64,000 nt of DNA, taken from the NCBI GenBank assembly GCA_963744995.1, contig CAVUWA010000003.1, positions 1 to 64,000 on the forward strand, written 5' to 3'. The position numbers were made by a program, and so were the translations under genes. The DNA comes from Candidatus Eiseniibacteriota bacterium. GTDB lineage: Bacteria > Eisenbacteria > RBG-16-71-46. Shown one piece after another: positions 33,786 through 44,648 of the stretch (its first letter is position 1; each line of letters starts with the position of its first letter). The notes under the pieces are model-generated. The model was not told the DNA's origin, searched no databases, and was given only the letters and a program-made list of their open reading frames with translations.

Positions 33786-34645
33786 GCCCTGCGGCGGTCG
33801 GCCGCGCGCTCCGCGTCCCACTCCGCGAGCACCTCCAGCACGCCCTCGCGGAAGCCTGCGGGGCCGATCGCGCGCGTGAAACGCGCCCCCGGCAGGGCGT
33901 CACGGAGCGCCCGCGCGTGGCCGCCGCCGGGGCGCGCGACCACGATCGCCCGATCCGCCGCAGCCAGCAGTTCGAGGTCGTTGGCGCTGTCGCCCGCCGC
34001 CACGGTGCGCGGGCGGGCACGTCCTGCGGAGAGCCAGTCGCACAACGCCCGCGCCGCGCGCCCCTTGTCGTTGGCGCCGATCAGGTGATGAAAGCGGCCG
34101 CCGCGCGTCACCGCGAGGCCGTGCACCGCCGCCGCCGCCGCCAGCCGCAGCGCGATCTGATCCTCGTCCGCTCCGGCGGCCAGGAACGGCTCGTCGTACT
34201 CGCGGGCGAGACAGGCGTCGAGATCCCCGTCGTCGATGCCCGTGAGGCGGGCCACCTCTTCGCGGCGCATGTCGCCGAAGCCCGTGAGCGTGAGGCGCGT
34301 CGCCCGCGCGATCGCCGGCAGCGCCGCGCGCAGGCGCGGCCACGGCGTGCCGAACTCGAGGCGCCAGAGATCGTCCACGCGCTTCGCCGTGCCGGGCGGC
34401 GCCGGTCCCCAGCCGTCGGGCACGAACAGCGCGCCCCCGTTCTCGGCGATGAACGGGTCGCGGTTGCCGAGCCGCGCGCGCCAGCGCTCGATCTCCGCGC
34501 GGGTCTTGCTGCTCGCCATCACCAGCGGAATTCCGCGGGCGCGCAGCGCCTCCAGCGCGGGCGCCGCGGGACGCCAGTCGTAGTCCTCGTGCGCGAGCAG
34601 GGTACCGTCGAGGTCGGTGAACGCGATCGCGCCCGGCAGGTTCAT
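33779..34645 (-). CDS. HAD-IIB glucosyl/mannosyl-3-phosphoglycerate phosphatase
   Basis: FTDLDGTLL, SSKTRAE, ENGG, REYDEPF, GGRF, GDSAND. Confidence 0.88.
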   Translation of the reverse strand: MNLPGAIAFTDLDGTLLAHEDYDWRPAAPALEALRARGIPLVMASSKTRAEIERWRARLGNRDPFIAENGGALFVPDGWGPAPPGTAKRVDDLWRLEFGTPWPRLRAALPAIARATRLTLTGFGDMRREEVARLTGIDDGDLDACLAREYDEPFLAAGADEDQIALRLAAAAAVHGLAVTRGGRFHHLIGANDKGRAARALCDWLSAGRARPRTVAAGDSANDLELLAAADRAIVVARPGGGHARALRDALPGARFTRAIGPAGFREGVLEVLAEWDAERAADRRRAQ

Positions 34646-35850
34646 GCGTTGTCCGCGTCGATGGCGTCCCGATAGCGGCTCAGGATGTCCGGCACCGCCG
34701 CCGTCACCCGGTTCCAGTTCGGCAGCCCCGGATAGTCGAGCGGTTCGCGCTCGAACTCCTCGCACGCGCGGGCGATGCCGCTGGTGAACACCTCGACCGC
34801 ACGGTTCTCGACGTGCCGATCGAAGCGCAGTCCGTTCACGACCGCGTCGTCGTGGTACTGGCGCACGGTGTCCTGTGCCGCTCGCAGGTAGGCGACCTTG
34901 AGCGTGGTGTAGAATCCCGAGCCGAACATGATGCCCTCCATCGCCAGCGTGCGCAGCAGCGACTTGCTGATGTCGCGCGCCATGCGGTTGAGGCCCGCCG
35001 AAGCGTCCTCGGGCGACAGCGGCTGATGCTTGTGATCGTAGGTGTCGGCGATGTCGATCTGGCAGACGCGCCTCACCGAGGTGTTGCGGTACACTTCGGC
35101 CAGCATGCCGACCTCGAGGCCCCAGTCACCGGGAATGCGCACCGAGCGCGCCAGCCCCTGCTCCATCGCGAACTCGCCGGCGAGCGGGTAGCGGAAGCTG
35201 TCGAGGTAGCGCAGGAACGGCACCGCGCCGACGAGCTGGATCAGCGAACGCACGATGGGGGTCACGAACAGACGCGTGACGCGCCCGTGCATCCGGTCGG
35301 TGATCCGGCTGTAGTAGCCCTTCGTGTATTCGTAGCCGAGGCTCGGATCGACCAGCGGGTAGCAGAGCCGTGCCAGCAGCATGCGATCATAGGTGACGAT
35401 GTCGCAGTCGTGGAGCGCGATCGAGCGCGCGTTTTCGCGCGCGAGCACGTCGCCGAGCGCGAGCCAGGTGGCGCGGCCCTTGCCGGGCGGGCCGATGTCG
35501 AGATCGTGCTCCTTGAGCAGGCGGATCATCGCCTGCACGCGCGGCCCCTCGATCCAGACGATCCGGCAGCGCCGGCCGAGCGGCGCGAAGAACCTGCGCG
35601 CCGCCTCGAAGCGTCGGTGATCGGCGCGTCCGAGCGAGACGACGATCTCGCTGATGTACGGGACCTCGGCGAGCCGTTGCACGATCGGGCCGAGCGCCGG
35701 GCCCTCCAGCTCCGTGATCAGGCAGGGCAGGATCAGCGCGATCGGATGATTCACGGCGTGTTCGTTCAGCCGCTCCTCGATCGCTTCGAGCGGCTGATCG
35801 CCGAGCTTGTGCAGCGTCGCGATGACGCCGTTCTGGAAGAAGTCTCCCAT
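34642..35850 (-). CDS. Glucosyl-3-phosphoglycerate synthase-like glycosyltransferase
   Basis: MGDFFQNG, GKGRATW, HDCDI, GRVTRL, YPLAGEF, WGLEVG, YDHKHQ. Confidence 0.8.
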   Translation of the reverse strand: MGDFFQNGVIATLHKLGDQPLEAIEERLNEHAVNHPIALILPCLITELEGPALGPIVQRLAEVPYISEIVVSLGRADHRRFEAARRFFAPLGRRCRIVWIEGPRVQAMIRLLKEHDLDIGPPGKGRATWLALGDVLARENARSIALHDCDIVTYDRMLLARLCYPLVDPSLGYEYTKGYYSRITDRMHGRVTRLFVTPIVRSLIQLVGAVPFLRYLDSFRYPLAGEFAMEQGLARSVRIPGDWGLEVGMLAEVYRNTSVRRVCQIDIADTYDHKHQPLSPEDASAGLNRMARDISKSLLRTLAMEGIMFGSGFYTTLKVAYLRAAQDTVRQYHDDAVVNGLRFDRHVENRAVEVFTSGIARACEEFEREPLDYPGLPNWNRVTAAVPDILSRYRDAIDADNA

Positions 35851-35859
35851 GGCAGCCGC

Positions 35860-36564
35860 CTACAGGTGCGACAGCGTGTCGTGGTCCTCTTCGCGTGACT
35901 CGCGGGTCATGCGGTCGAGCGATTGCCGCGCCAGATCCTGGCCCGCCAGTCCGAACGCAAGGGCGCCCGCGAGCACGAAGCCGCCGAGCAGGATCGCCAG
36001 GACCACGAGGGCGATGTCGCGGCCGAAGCCGAGATTGTCGAGCGCGAGCGCCGCGAAGAACACGCCGAGCAGGAGTTGCACGCCGCCGGACAGCCAGCGC
36101 GCGCCGCGCACCCGGGCGTTCACCGCCCACAGCAGCACACTGCGCGCCACGAACGTGCTCACGGCCCAGCCGACCACGAAGATCAGCAGCGCCGCCACCA
36201 GCCGCGGCAGATAGTTGACCATCGAGCCGATCACGGCGTCGGTGGCCTCGGAGCTGAGAATCGACAGCGCCCCGACCAGCGTGAGGACCAGCACGACCCA
36301 GCGGCCGATCTGGCCGGCCATCACCGACGGCGTCTGCCAGAAACCCGCACGCCGCATGGAGTCGATCACGCCGGGCCGCCCGGCGATGCGGTCGAAGCCG
36401 ATCGCGCGCAGCACGCTGCGCACGAGGAGTTCGACCAGCCACGCGAGCAGCAGGCCGCCGCCGAGAACGATCAGTACGGCGAGCAGCACCGGCAACAGCT
36501 CGGCGCCGCGCTCGAGGAACCGCGTCAGCGGATCCCAGATGGACAGCGGAATGTTTGCGATCAT
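35860..36564 (-). CDS. Membrane protein (small mechanosensitive-channel TM-repeat like)
   Basis: Multiple TM helices, YLPRLVAA, ALAFGL. Confidence 0.65.
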   Translation of the reverse strand: MIANIPLSIWDPLTRFLERGAELLPVLLAVLIVLGGGLLLAWLVELLVRSVLRAIGFDRIAGRPGVIDSMRRAGFWQTPSVMAGQIGRWVVLVLTLVGALSILSSEATDAVIGSMVNYLPRLVAALLIFVVGWAVSTFVARSVLLWAVNARVRGARWLSGGVQLLLGVFFAALALDNLGFGRDIALVVLAILLGGFVLAGALAFGLAGQDLARQSLDRMTRESREEDHDTLSHL

Positions 36565-37844
36565 CAGGACCTCCCCGCCCGCCAGTGCTCGATGAGCTCC
36601 GGCTTCAGCACTTCGAAGCGCTCGCAGAGCGCGTCGAGTTCGGTTTCCACTTCGTTCGAGCCGTAGTCGCGCGCCTGATTGACCCAGGACGCGGTGCGGC
36701 CGAGATAAAGGGGTGTGAGGGACTTGAGCAGATGCTCCGCCGGCATGCGACGGCGATGGTATGCCGTGGCGTAGTCGAAGACAGTATGCACCCAGGCGTC
36801 CACCGGCATGTGGAACGACTCCGGTGGCTGGCCGGTCAGACCCGCGAGCGCCTGCTGCGTGGTGGGCCGCATGAATTGCCGCAGCAGCGGATCGAAGTCG
36901 CGCACGCCCTGCTCGAACGTGTGCACCATCCGGGCCACGTTGACGGGAATGGGTTCGAGCCCGACCTCGTACTTGAAACCGAACTCGGTCACCGGCGTGG
37001 AGCCCTTGACCCCCATCCAGAAGGACTCGTGCGCCTCGAGCTGCTGGAACAGCGAGCCGGTCACCTGCACCAGCATCGCGCTCAGGTCGGCGCCGGGATC
37101 CTTGGCGTCGTGGATCTTGGCGCCCAGGTACGACTGACAGATGCGAAAACCGCCCATCAGCGCGGTCGTCGTCATCCAGATGTCGATCCCGAAGCGCGCC
37201 ACGTCACTGTCCCACACGTCCTGCTTCAGGTAGTGCGTCGCGAGACGCCCCGAGAAGCCGAAGTCGCCGCCGATCGGCTGGCGGATCTGCTTGCCGTACA
37301 TGGAGCGCACGAGCGGATAGACGATCGAGTTGGTGATCGTGCCGTCGTACTTGTGGCGCGAGTAGAGCGGGCAGACGTAGTCGAAGTCCTCGTGCACGAT
37401 CGGTCCGAGCAGCAGTTCGATCCACTCGGGCGTGATGCTGCGCAGGTCGGAGTCCACCACCGCGCAGGCGCGCGCGCCGAGCCGGTGCGCCACCTCGAAC
37501 ACGGTGCGGAACGCGCTGCCCTTGCCGGGCAGGCCCTGGTAGGCGGTGATCACCTTGTGGAGCGTGCGCACGCGATGCGACACGAGGATCGTACGCCCGG
37601 TCTCGAACGCCGAGCCGGCGACCGCTTCCTGGGTGCCGTCCTTCGAGCCGCCATCGGAGTTGACCAGCACCGCCTTGCGCTCCGGGAAATACTTGGCGAG
37701 GCCGGCCGTGACCGCCTTCACCACGTGTCCGATGGTGCGCGCGTTGTTGAACGAGGGAATGCCGATCAGAATGTCGGTCGGCCCGATCGTCTCGATCTGC
37801 GCGCGTACGTCCTCCCTGAGGATCGTGGGATCGCGTTCCGCCAT
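36564..37844 (-). CDS. GT-A glycosyltransferase, glucosylglycerate/mannosylglycerate synthase-like
   Basis: IGIPSFNN, DGGSKDGT, GKGSA, VDSDL, RHKYDGTIT, QPIGGDF, FGIDIW. Confidence 0.8.
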   Translation of the reverse strand: MAERDPTILREDVRAQIETIGPTDILIGIPSFNNARTIGHVVKAVTAGLAKYFPERKAVLVNSDGGSKDGTQEAVAGSAFETGRTILVSHRVRTLHKVITAYQGLPGKGSAFRTVFEVAHRLGARACAVVDSDLRSITPEWIELLLGPIVHEDFDYVCPLYSRHKYDGTITNSIVYPLVRSMYGKQIRQPIGGDFGFSGRLATHYLKQDVWDSDVARFGIDIWMTTTALMGGFRICQSYLGAKIHDAKDPGADLSAMLVQVTGSLFQQLEAHESFWMGVKGSTPVTEFGFKYEVGLEPIPVNVARMVHTFEQGVRDFDPLLRQFMRPTTQQALAGLTGQPPESFHMPVDAWVHTVFDYATAYHRRRMPAEHLLKSLTPLYLGRTASWVNQARDYGSNEVETELDALCERFEVLKPELIEHWRAGRS

Positions 37845-38920
37845 CAGTGACCTCCCCCGTCCGGTTCGAGTCGCGCCTCGGTTTCACCGTCGAACCAGTG
37901 GAGCCGGTCCGGCGGCCACGCCATCCACAGCTTCTCGGGCCAGTCGCGCGGCGCCGCCAGGGCGCGCGCCGTCTCGCCGCCCACCTCCAGCGTGAGCAGC
38001 GTACGTGCGCCGAGCGGCTCCGCCAGCCGCCGCCGCACCTCGAGGCCGCCACGCAGAGGCTGATCCGACACCACCACGTCCTCGGGACGGATCCCCACCG
38101 CGAGCCGCGCGCCGCCACCGAGACCGTCCGGCACCGGCACCTGCACGCCGTTCGCCCGCAGCTCGCCGCCCTCGCGCCGGCCGTGCCACACCGTCATGCG
38201 CGGGCCGCCCACGAAACTCGCCACGAACAGCGTCGCGGGCCGTGCGTACAGCTCGAGCGGGCGCGCGTGCTGGAGGATGCGCCCCCGGCGCATCACCGCC
38301 ACATGGTCCGACAGGCTCATGGCCTCCGCCTGGTCGTGGGTCACGTAGATCACCGTCGCGCCGACGCTCCCGAACAGCGCCTTGAGCTCGGTGCGCATGT
38401 CCTCGCGCAGCAGAGCATCGAGGTTCGAGAGCGGTTCGTCGAGCAGGTACAGGCGCGGGCGCCGCACCAGCGCGCGGCCGAGTGCCACGCGCTGCTGCTG
38501 CCCGCCCGAGAGCTGCGCCGGGCGGCGGCCGAGCAGCTCGCCGATGCCCAGCGTGGCCGCCGTCTCGCGCACACGGCGCTCGCGCTCGTCGCGTGCCACG
38601 CCGCGCACTTCCAGCGCGAGACCCAGATTCCCGGCCACCGTGAGGTGCGGGTACAGCGCGTAGTTCTGGAACACGAAGCCGACGTCGCGGGCGCCCGGCG
38701 GCCGTTCGTCGAAGCGCTCGCCGTCGAGCTCCAGGCGGCCGGCCGTCGCGTGCTCGAGCCCGGCAAGGATGCGCAGCAGCGTGGACTTGCCGCATCCCGA
38801 AGGTCCGAGCAGGGTCAGCACCTCACCGGGCATCGCGTCGAACGACACGTCGTCGAGCGCTCGCGTGCCGTCGTCGAAGACCTTGGTGATGCCGATCGCG
38901 CGCAACGGTCCGCTCGTCAT
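37844..38920 (-). CDS. Sugar ABC transporter ATP-binding protein (MalK-like)
   Basis: GPSGCGKST, FQNYALYPH, LSGGQQQR, VTHDQAEA. Confidence 0.92.
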   Translation of the reverse strand: MTSGPLRAIGITKVFDDGTRALDDVSFDAMPGEVLTLLGPSGCGKSTLLRILAGLEHATAGRLELDGERFDERPPGARDVGFVFQNYALYPHLTVAGNLGLALEVRGVARDERERRVRETAATLGIGELLGRRPAQLSGGQQQRVALGRALVRRPRLYLLDEPLSNLDALLREDMRTELKALFGSVGATVIYVTHDQAEAMSLSDHVAVMRRGRILQHARPLELYARPATLFVASFVGGPRMTVWHGRREGGELRANGVQVPVPDGLGGGARLAVGIRPEDVVVSDQPLRGGLEVRRRLAEPLGARTLLTLEVGGETARALAAPRDWPEKLWMAWPPDRLHWFDGETEARLEPDGGGH

Positions 38921-39762
38921 CCCTTGATCGCTCCCCGCGTCAGGCCCGACGCGATGCGGCGCTCGAACAGCAGCACCAGGAACATCAGCGGCAGCGTCGC
39001 CACCACGATCGCGGCCGACAACTGGCCCCACGGGATCTCGAACAGCGAGGCGCTGCCCACGCTCGCGATCCCGGCGGTGACGGTCTTGCTGCCCTCGCGC
39101 GTCATGAAAGTCAGCGCGAGCATGAACTCGTTCCAGCAGAAGATGAACACGAGAATCGCCGCGGTGACCACCGAGGGCATCGCCAGCGGCAGATGGATGC
39201 GGGCGAGCCGCGCGGGCGGCTTCAACCCGTCGAGCTGCGCCGCTTCGTCGATCTCGCGCGGCAGTCCGCGGAACGCGCTCTCCAGCACCCAGACGGCCAG
39301 CGGCAGGTTGAGCGCCGCGTACGGGAGCACCAGCGCCAGCGGATGGTTGATCCAGCCCAGCGCCCGCACGCCCTCGTAGAGCGGGAACAGCAGCAGGATC
39401 GGCGGGAACAGCGAAACGAACAGCAGCGCGAGCAGCACGGGGACGCGCCCCTTGCCCGGCATGCGCGCGAGCGCCGCTGCCGCCAGCGCAGCCACCCCGA
39501 CGCACAGCAGCGTCGCCCACGCCGAGATCCAGGCGCTGTTCGCGAGGAAGGTGCCGAACGGCAGCCGTTCGAACAGGCGTGTGACGTGCTCGAGCGTCGG
39601 CGGATGCGGCAGGTACACGGTGGGCACCTTCGTGATCTGTGCGTCCGGCTTGATCGCGGTCAAGGCCTGCCAGAGCGCCGGCCCGAGCGACCATGCCGCC
39701 ATCAGCAGGACGCCGATCGCGTATGGCCAGGCGCGGCCGTGCGGACGCGGGCGCGCGCTCAC
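38917..39762 (-). CDS. Carbohydrate ABC permease (MalG-like)
   Basis: EIDEAAQLDG EAA loop, WNEFMLA, GLTRGAIKG. Confidence 0.9.
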   Translation of the reverse strand: MSARPRPHGRAWPYAIGVLLMAAWSLGPALWQALTAIKPDAQITKVPTVYLPHPPTLEHVTRLFERLPFGTFLANSAWISAWATLLCVGVAALAAAALARMPGKGRVPVLLALLFVSLFPPILLLFPLYEGVRALGWINHPLALVLPYAALNLPLAVWVLESAFRGLPREIDEAAQLDGLKPPARLARIHLPLAMPSVVTAAILVFIFCWNEFMLALTFMTREGSKTVTAGIASVGSASLFEIPWGQLSAAIVVATLPLMFLVLLFERRIASGLTRGAIKG

Positions 39763-40643
39763 GTCGCGGTCCCCGGGCGGCGCGCGATCCGCAGCACGAT
39801 CAGCACCAGCGCGATGACGATGATGACACCCTGCACCGCGATCGCCGAGCCGTAGCCGAAGTCGAGGTAGCGGAAGTAGTTCTGGTAGGCATACAGCGAC
39901 ACCGTCTCGGTAGCGCCGCCCGGCCCGCCGCCGGTCATCACGTAGACGAGGTCGAACGCGCCGTAGGCCTGGACCATGCGGAACGCCAGCGCGACGATCA
40001 GCGAGGGCGCGAGCAGCGGCAGCACGACCCGGGTGAGCCGCTGCCGTGCGCCGAGACCGTCCACGCGCGCCGCCTCGAGGACGCTCTCGGGAATCGACTG
40101 CAGTCCGGCCAGCACGATCAGCGTCACGAATGGAGTCGTCTTCCAGACGTCGGCGACCACCATCGCGAACATCGCGGTGCCGCCCTGTCCGAGCCACGCC
40201 ACCGGCCCCTTCAAGATTCCGATCTTCTGCAGCAGATCGTTCGCGACCCCGAACGAGTCGTTGAAGATCCACGACCACGCCAGCGCCATCACCGCGGTCG
40301 GCAGCGCCCACGGCAGCACGACGATCGCGCGCGCGAGGCCACGCCCGCGGAACGTGCGGTGGAGCAGGAGCGCGAACGCGACGCCGAGCACCATCTCGGC
40401 GGCCAGCGAGCTCCCCGTGAACACCGCCGTGTTGGAGAGCGCGGTCCACCAGCGCCCGTCCTGCCAGAGCCGCGCGTAGGCGGCGAACCCGGCCGGCACC
40501 AGATGGAACCCCTGGGCGAGATCGCTGCGCATGAAGCTCAGCGCGATCACCCGCACGATCGGCACGATCACGATCACGCCGAGCAGCACGGCGGCCGGCA
40601 GCAGCGAGACCACGCGCTCGCGCGTCCACACCCGCGCCCTCAT
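39759..40643 (-). CDS. Carbohydrate ABC permease (MalF-like)
   Basis: DVWKTTPF, LEAARVDG, TGGGPG. Confidence 0.9.
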   Translation of the reverse strand: MRARVWTRERVVSLLPAAVLLGVIVIVPIVRVIALSFMRSDLAQGFHLVPAGFAAYARLWQDGRWWTALSNTAVFTGSSLAAEMVLGVAFALLLHRTFRGRGLARAIVVLPWALPTAVMALAWSWIFNDSFGVANDLLQKIGILKGPVAWLGQGGTAMFAMVVADVWKTTPFVTLIVLAGLQSIPESVLEAARVDGLGARQRLTRVVLPLLAPSLIVALAFRMVQAYGAFDLVYVMTGGGPGGATETVSLYAYQNYFRYLDFGYGSAIAVQGVIIVIALVLIVLRIARRPGTAT

Positions 40644-41939
40644 GGCGCCTGCTCCTTGCCGAGCATCAGGCGCGTCTCGCGCGCCGCAGCGGCGAGCGCC
40701 GCGGCCGGCGTCTCCGCGCCCGACAGGGCCGCGCTCAGGCGCCGCTGCAGGATGTCCGACGCCAGCGCGTAGCGCGCGACGATCGGGCGCGGCACCGCCT
40801 GCGCATGGATCGCGAGCAGCTTCGCCAGGAACGGGTTCGCCCGCAGCAGCTCGGGATCCTCGTACGCCGCCTTGAGCGCCGGCGCGTATCCGGCCGGCCC
40901 GCACAGCAGCGCGCTGGCCCTCCATGCCCGGTCGCGTAGCGGATGAATGCCACCGCGAGCTCGGGGTGCCGGCTGTAGGCCGACACGCCCGAGGCCCCAG
41001 CCACCCAGCGTTCCCGCGCGCTCGCCCGCCCGGCGCGGCCACCATCGGCATCACGCCCACGCGGCCCCTCAGCGGCGAATCCTCGCGTTGTGAGAGCCGC
41101 CATGCGTAGGGCCAGTTGCGCAGGAACACCGCACGGCCATCCTGAAACAGGCGCCGGCTCTCCTCCTCCTGGTAGGTGGTCACCCCCGGTGGGCTGATCG
41201 GGCGACTGCCGGTGCAGGTGCCGGCGAGAAACTCGAGCGCCCTGCGCGCCTCGGGGCGGTCGAGCCCGACTTCGAGCGTGCCCGGGTGGATCCAGAAGCC
41301 GCCGAAGCCGTTCAGCACCTCGAGGAAGTCGCACACCAGCCCTTCGTACTGCTTGCCCTGCCAGACGTAGCCCCAGCGCGCGGGCGGGTCCTCGAGCTGC
41401 CGTGCGATGCGTGTGAGATCCGCGAACGTCGCCGGTGGGTCGAGTCCCGCGGCCTGGAGCCAGTCCTTCCGGTAGTAGAGCAGGCCGACGTCGGTGCGTA
41501 CCGGAATCCGGTAGAGGTGGCCGCGATAGACGCCGGCCTCGAGCGCCGCGTCGAGAAAGCGCGCGCGCTGCACGCGCGTATCGAAGTCGTCATCGAGCGG
41601 CCTCAGCCAGCCGGCGGCGGCGAACTTCGGCGTCCACGTGACGTCCATGTAGACGAGGTCGAAGGACGGATCGCCGGCGAGCAGCGACGCCGTGTAGAGG
41701 TTCTCGCGCAGGTCCGTGGCGTGCGGGCCTTCGACGAGATCCACGCGCACCCCGGGATGTTCGCGCTCGAAGCCCTCGGCGATCGGCACCCAGAAGGGCC
41801 GCTCACCGGGCTGCATCATCACCGCGAGCCTCGTGCCGCCGTTCTCCGCGCCGCGCGACGAGGACTGGCAGGCCGCGACCGGCACGAGCAGGAGGACCGC
41901 GGCCGCGATCCGCGCGAACGCACGCCCCGCCCGCATCAC
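40640..41939 (-). CDS. Sugar ABC substrate-binding lipoprotein; frameshifts at ~40920-41020
   Basis: VAAC lipobox, DVTW, LYYRKD, YEGLVC, FLRNWPY; the C-terminal part (AVPRP...) lies in other frames. Confidence 0.82.
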
Positions 41940-42013
41940 GATGCCTTCTTGCGTGGGAGCCGCGTCAATGCACCGGGACCGTAACCGGCGCCCCCGGCAT
42001 GGTCAAACCCGGG

Positions 42014-43417
42014 TCAGAACTGGAAGTAGATGAACGGGCTCGTACCGAGCGGGGCGAACATCAGGATGAGTACGAATCCGCCAATGAGCAGCACCCAGCC
42101 CGCGGGGCGTTGCAGATCGGGCAGCAGCTCACGATCACGCCGGAGCACGACCGTCACGTGGAGCAGCACGGCGACGAGGATGATGACCATGGCCTGCAAG
42201 TAGAACCAGCGCACACCGCCCGGTTCCAGAAACGCCATCTTGCGCAGCACGACCGCCGCCGTCTGAAAGTCCGGCGACCGGAAGAACACCCACGTGACGA
42301 GCACGAACAGGAATGTCCCGGCCCACGAGATCAGCCTTCCAGCCACCGTGCCCGGCCGCGCCTGCGGCCCCCGCCATTCGAGCCACAACTTGTGGAGCGC
42401 AAGAGCGGCGCCGTGCAGGGCGCCCCACACCACGAACGTCCAGGCCGCGCCATGCCAGAGCCCGCCAAGCAACATGGTCACGGCCAGATTCGCGTAGGTG
42501 CGCCCCCGGCCCTTCCGGTTGCCGCCAAGCGGGATGTACAGATAGTCGCGAAGCCACGTCGACAGCGTGATGTGCCAGCGCCGCCAGAACTCGGTGACGT
42601 CGAGGCTCCGGTACGGGTGCCTGAAATTGACCGGGAACTCGAAGCCCAGCATGCGACCGAGGCCGACCGCCATGTCGCTATAGCCAGAGAAGTCGTAATA
42701 GATCTGGCCCGCGTATGCTACCACCGCGAGCCACACCACCGGCGCAGTGAAGTCTCCGGGGTGCGCCCACACGTGATCGACGAACACCGCAAGCGTGTCG
42801 GCGAACAGCACCTTCTTCATGAAGCCGCGGAAGAAGTGCCGCGTGCCTTCCCGGATGTTCCACAGCGACAGCGGATGAATGCGATCCAGCTGGGGCATGA
42901 ACCACGAGCCGCGCACGATCGGCCCGGCGATCAGCTGCGGGAAGAACGCAATGAACAGCGACAGGTCTCGCAGGCTGCGGCTGGCGCGCAGCTCGCCGCG
43001 GTACACGTCGATCACGTAGCTCATCGCCTGGAACGTGAAGAACGAAATACCCACCGGCAGCACGATCGCAAGGTGCGGAATCCGAATCCCCGCACTCTCC
43101 AGCAGCGGCTGCAGGGATTCGATGAAGAAGTTGGTGTACTTGAACGCGACGAGCACGCCCAGGTTGGAGACAACGGCGACCACCAGACCGATCCGACGGC
43201 CGCGCTCCGTCGGCGCCCGCTCGATCCACCGCGCCGCGTAGTAGTCGATCGCAGTGGTGCCGAACATCAGCCCGCAGAAGCGCCAGTCCCACCAGCCGTA
43301 GAAGATGTAGCTGGCCACCAGCAGCGTGTTCCGCCGTGCGCTCTCGCCGCGCAGCAGGGCCAGCAGGCCGAGGACCACGGCCAGGAAGACGAAGAACTCG
43401 GACGACGAGAAGATCAA
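42014..43417 (-). CDS. MBOAT O-acyltransferase (AlgI/PatA-like)
   Basis: PVGISFFTFQ, FFPQLIAGPI, DFSGYSD, FWRRWHITLS, GLWHGA. Confidence 0.93.
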   Translation of the reverse strand: MIFSSSEFFVFLAVVLGLLALLRGESARRNTLLVASYIFYGWWDWRFCGLMFGTTAIDYYAARWIERAPTERGRRIGLVVAVVSNLGVLVAFKYTNFFIESLQPLLESAGIRIPHLAIVLPVGISFFTFQAMSYVIDVYRGELRASRSLRDLSLFIAFFPQLIAGPIVRGSWFMPQLDRIHPLSLWNIREGTRHFFRGFMKKVLFADTLAVFVDHVWAHPGDFTAPVVWLAVVAYAGQIYYDFSGYSDMAVGLGRMLGFEFPVNFRHPYRSLDVTEFWRRWHITLSTWLRDYLYIPLGGNRKGRGRTYANLAVTMLLGGLWHGAAWTFVVWGALHGAALALHKLWLEWRGPQARPGTVAGRLISWAGTFLFVLVTWVFFRSPDFQTAAVVLRKMAFLEPGGVRWFYLQAMVIILVAVLLHVTVVLRRDRELLPDLQRPAGWVLLIGGFVLILMFAPLGTSPFIYFQF

Positions 43418-44433
43418 CGGCGGAGTTTCCCGAGTGCGGCTGCCAGATCGCGGCCCACGACGCCGTGCCCGCGCGCGTTGATGTGTCCCTTCCCGATCAG
43501 CGAGTTCGGAAAGCCGTGCACGGGCTGGCCGGTGGTCTCAACCGAGGCGACGAAGTCGTCCGCGACGTCGACCAGCGTCACCCCGTTGCGCGCTGCGAAC
43601 TCGTGATAGAACCGGCGCCGATCCGGGTACGACACGTGCGGCGGACCGTCGAAGTATGTCATGCCCGGGATGTACACGTAGATGATCGGCATGCCGGTCG
43701 CAGCCAGCCGTGACTGAACGCGATCCAGGACGCCTGCGACGCGCGGGTCGATGGGTGCGGTCGGCAGGTACAGCGGTCGTCCTTCGAATTTGTGCCTGAG
43801 CCGCGCCGTCTCGTGCATCGTCAGCTCTTCGACGCGATTCCGCAGCATCTGCGCCAGCGCCGAGGTACGAAGCACCGCCCGCGCGAGCCTGGCCGGCAGC
43901 GAGAGCGGACCAGCCCGCGACTCGGGCGGCTTGATGGAGCCGTCCGGACGCAACCGCTTGACGATGTCATCGAGGTCCCCGTCGTTGACGACGACCACCA
44001 CGGCGTTCGGGTGTACGGACGGGATCAATCCCTCGAGCGTCGCCGCGTAGTCGAGCGGCGAACGCCCCGACAGGCCGGCGTTGACGACCTCCACCCCCGG
44101 TTCCAGCGACTCGGCGACCGAACAGAAATCCAGCCGCCGCGGCACCTGCAGCGCCTCTGCGTACGAGTCCCCCAGCAGCAACGCCCGCAGCGGCGGTGGC
44201 GGCACGCGCAGCTCATCGTCGAACTGGCCGAGGGCGTTGGTGCGCTGGCGGCTGTAGCCCTCGGTGCTGTGGACCACGAGCACGTGCGGAGGCATGACGA
44301 AACCGAATGCTGGGTCGGGGATCGCTTGGGAAGGGGACGCCAGCCAGGTGCGTACCACCAGTTCGGCCGCGAGCGCCAGCACGGCGATTGCCGGGAGGGC
44401 CCTGACGACGGGCCAGCGTCGCACGGGGATCAT
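43414..44433 (-). CDS. SGNH/GDSL-family partner of the MBOAT
   Basis: LLGDSY, VVNAG, ND, GHINARGH; N-terminal TM. Confidence 0.75.
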   Translation of the reverse strand: MIPVRRWPVVRALPAIAVLALAAELVVRTWLASPSQAIPDPAFGFVMPPHVLVVHSTEGYSRQRTNALGQFDDELRVPPPPLRALLLGDSYAEALQVPRRLDFCSVAESLEPGVEVVNAGLSGRSPLDYAATLEGLIPSVHPNAVVVVVNDGDLDDIVKRLRPDGSIKPPESRAGPLSLPARLARAVLRTSALAQMLRNRVEELTMHETARLRHKFEGRPLYLPTAPIDPRVAGVLDRVQSRLAATGMPIIYVYIPGMTYFDGPPHVSYPDRRRFYHEFAARNGVTLVDVADDFVASVETTGQPVHGFPNSLIGKGHINARGHGVVGRDLAAALGKLRR

Positions 44434-44648
44434 GCGACCATCTGCTGGAGAGCGTGGGGGTATGGAAACACAGCCGACTATTATCGCGGATCGAACCGTG
44501 GGCCCGCCAGGCGAAAGACGCGGTCCCGCCCGTGGCACGCAATCGTACTTTCGGCAGACCGTCCCGTGCCCCTGCTCGCAGGGCATGGTCGCGCGTGCTA
44601 GCGTCGGCGCGCGTCCCGGCGCGCGGTGGCGATCCCCTGGAGACCCGA

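Noticed and set aside
39759..41939. 726-aa substrate-binding protein-permease fusion
   Set aside because: Caused by frameshifts in the binding-protein gene; the permease has its own ATG at 40643 overlapping the upstream stop.
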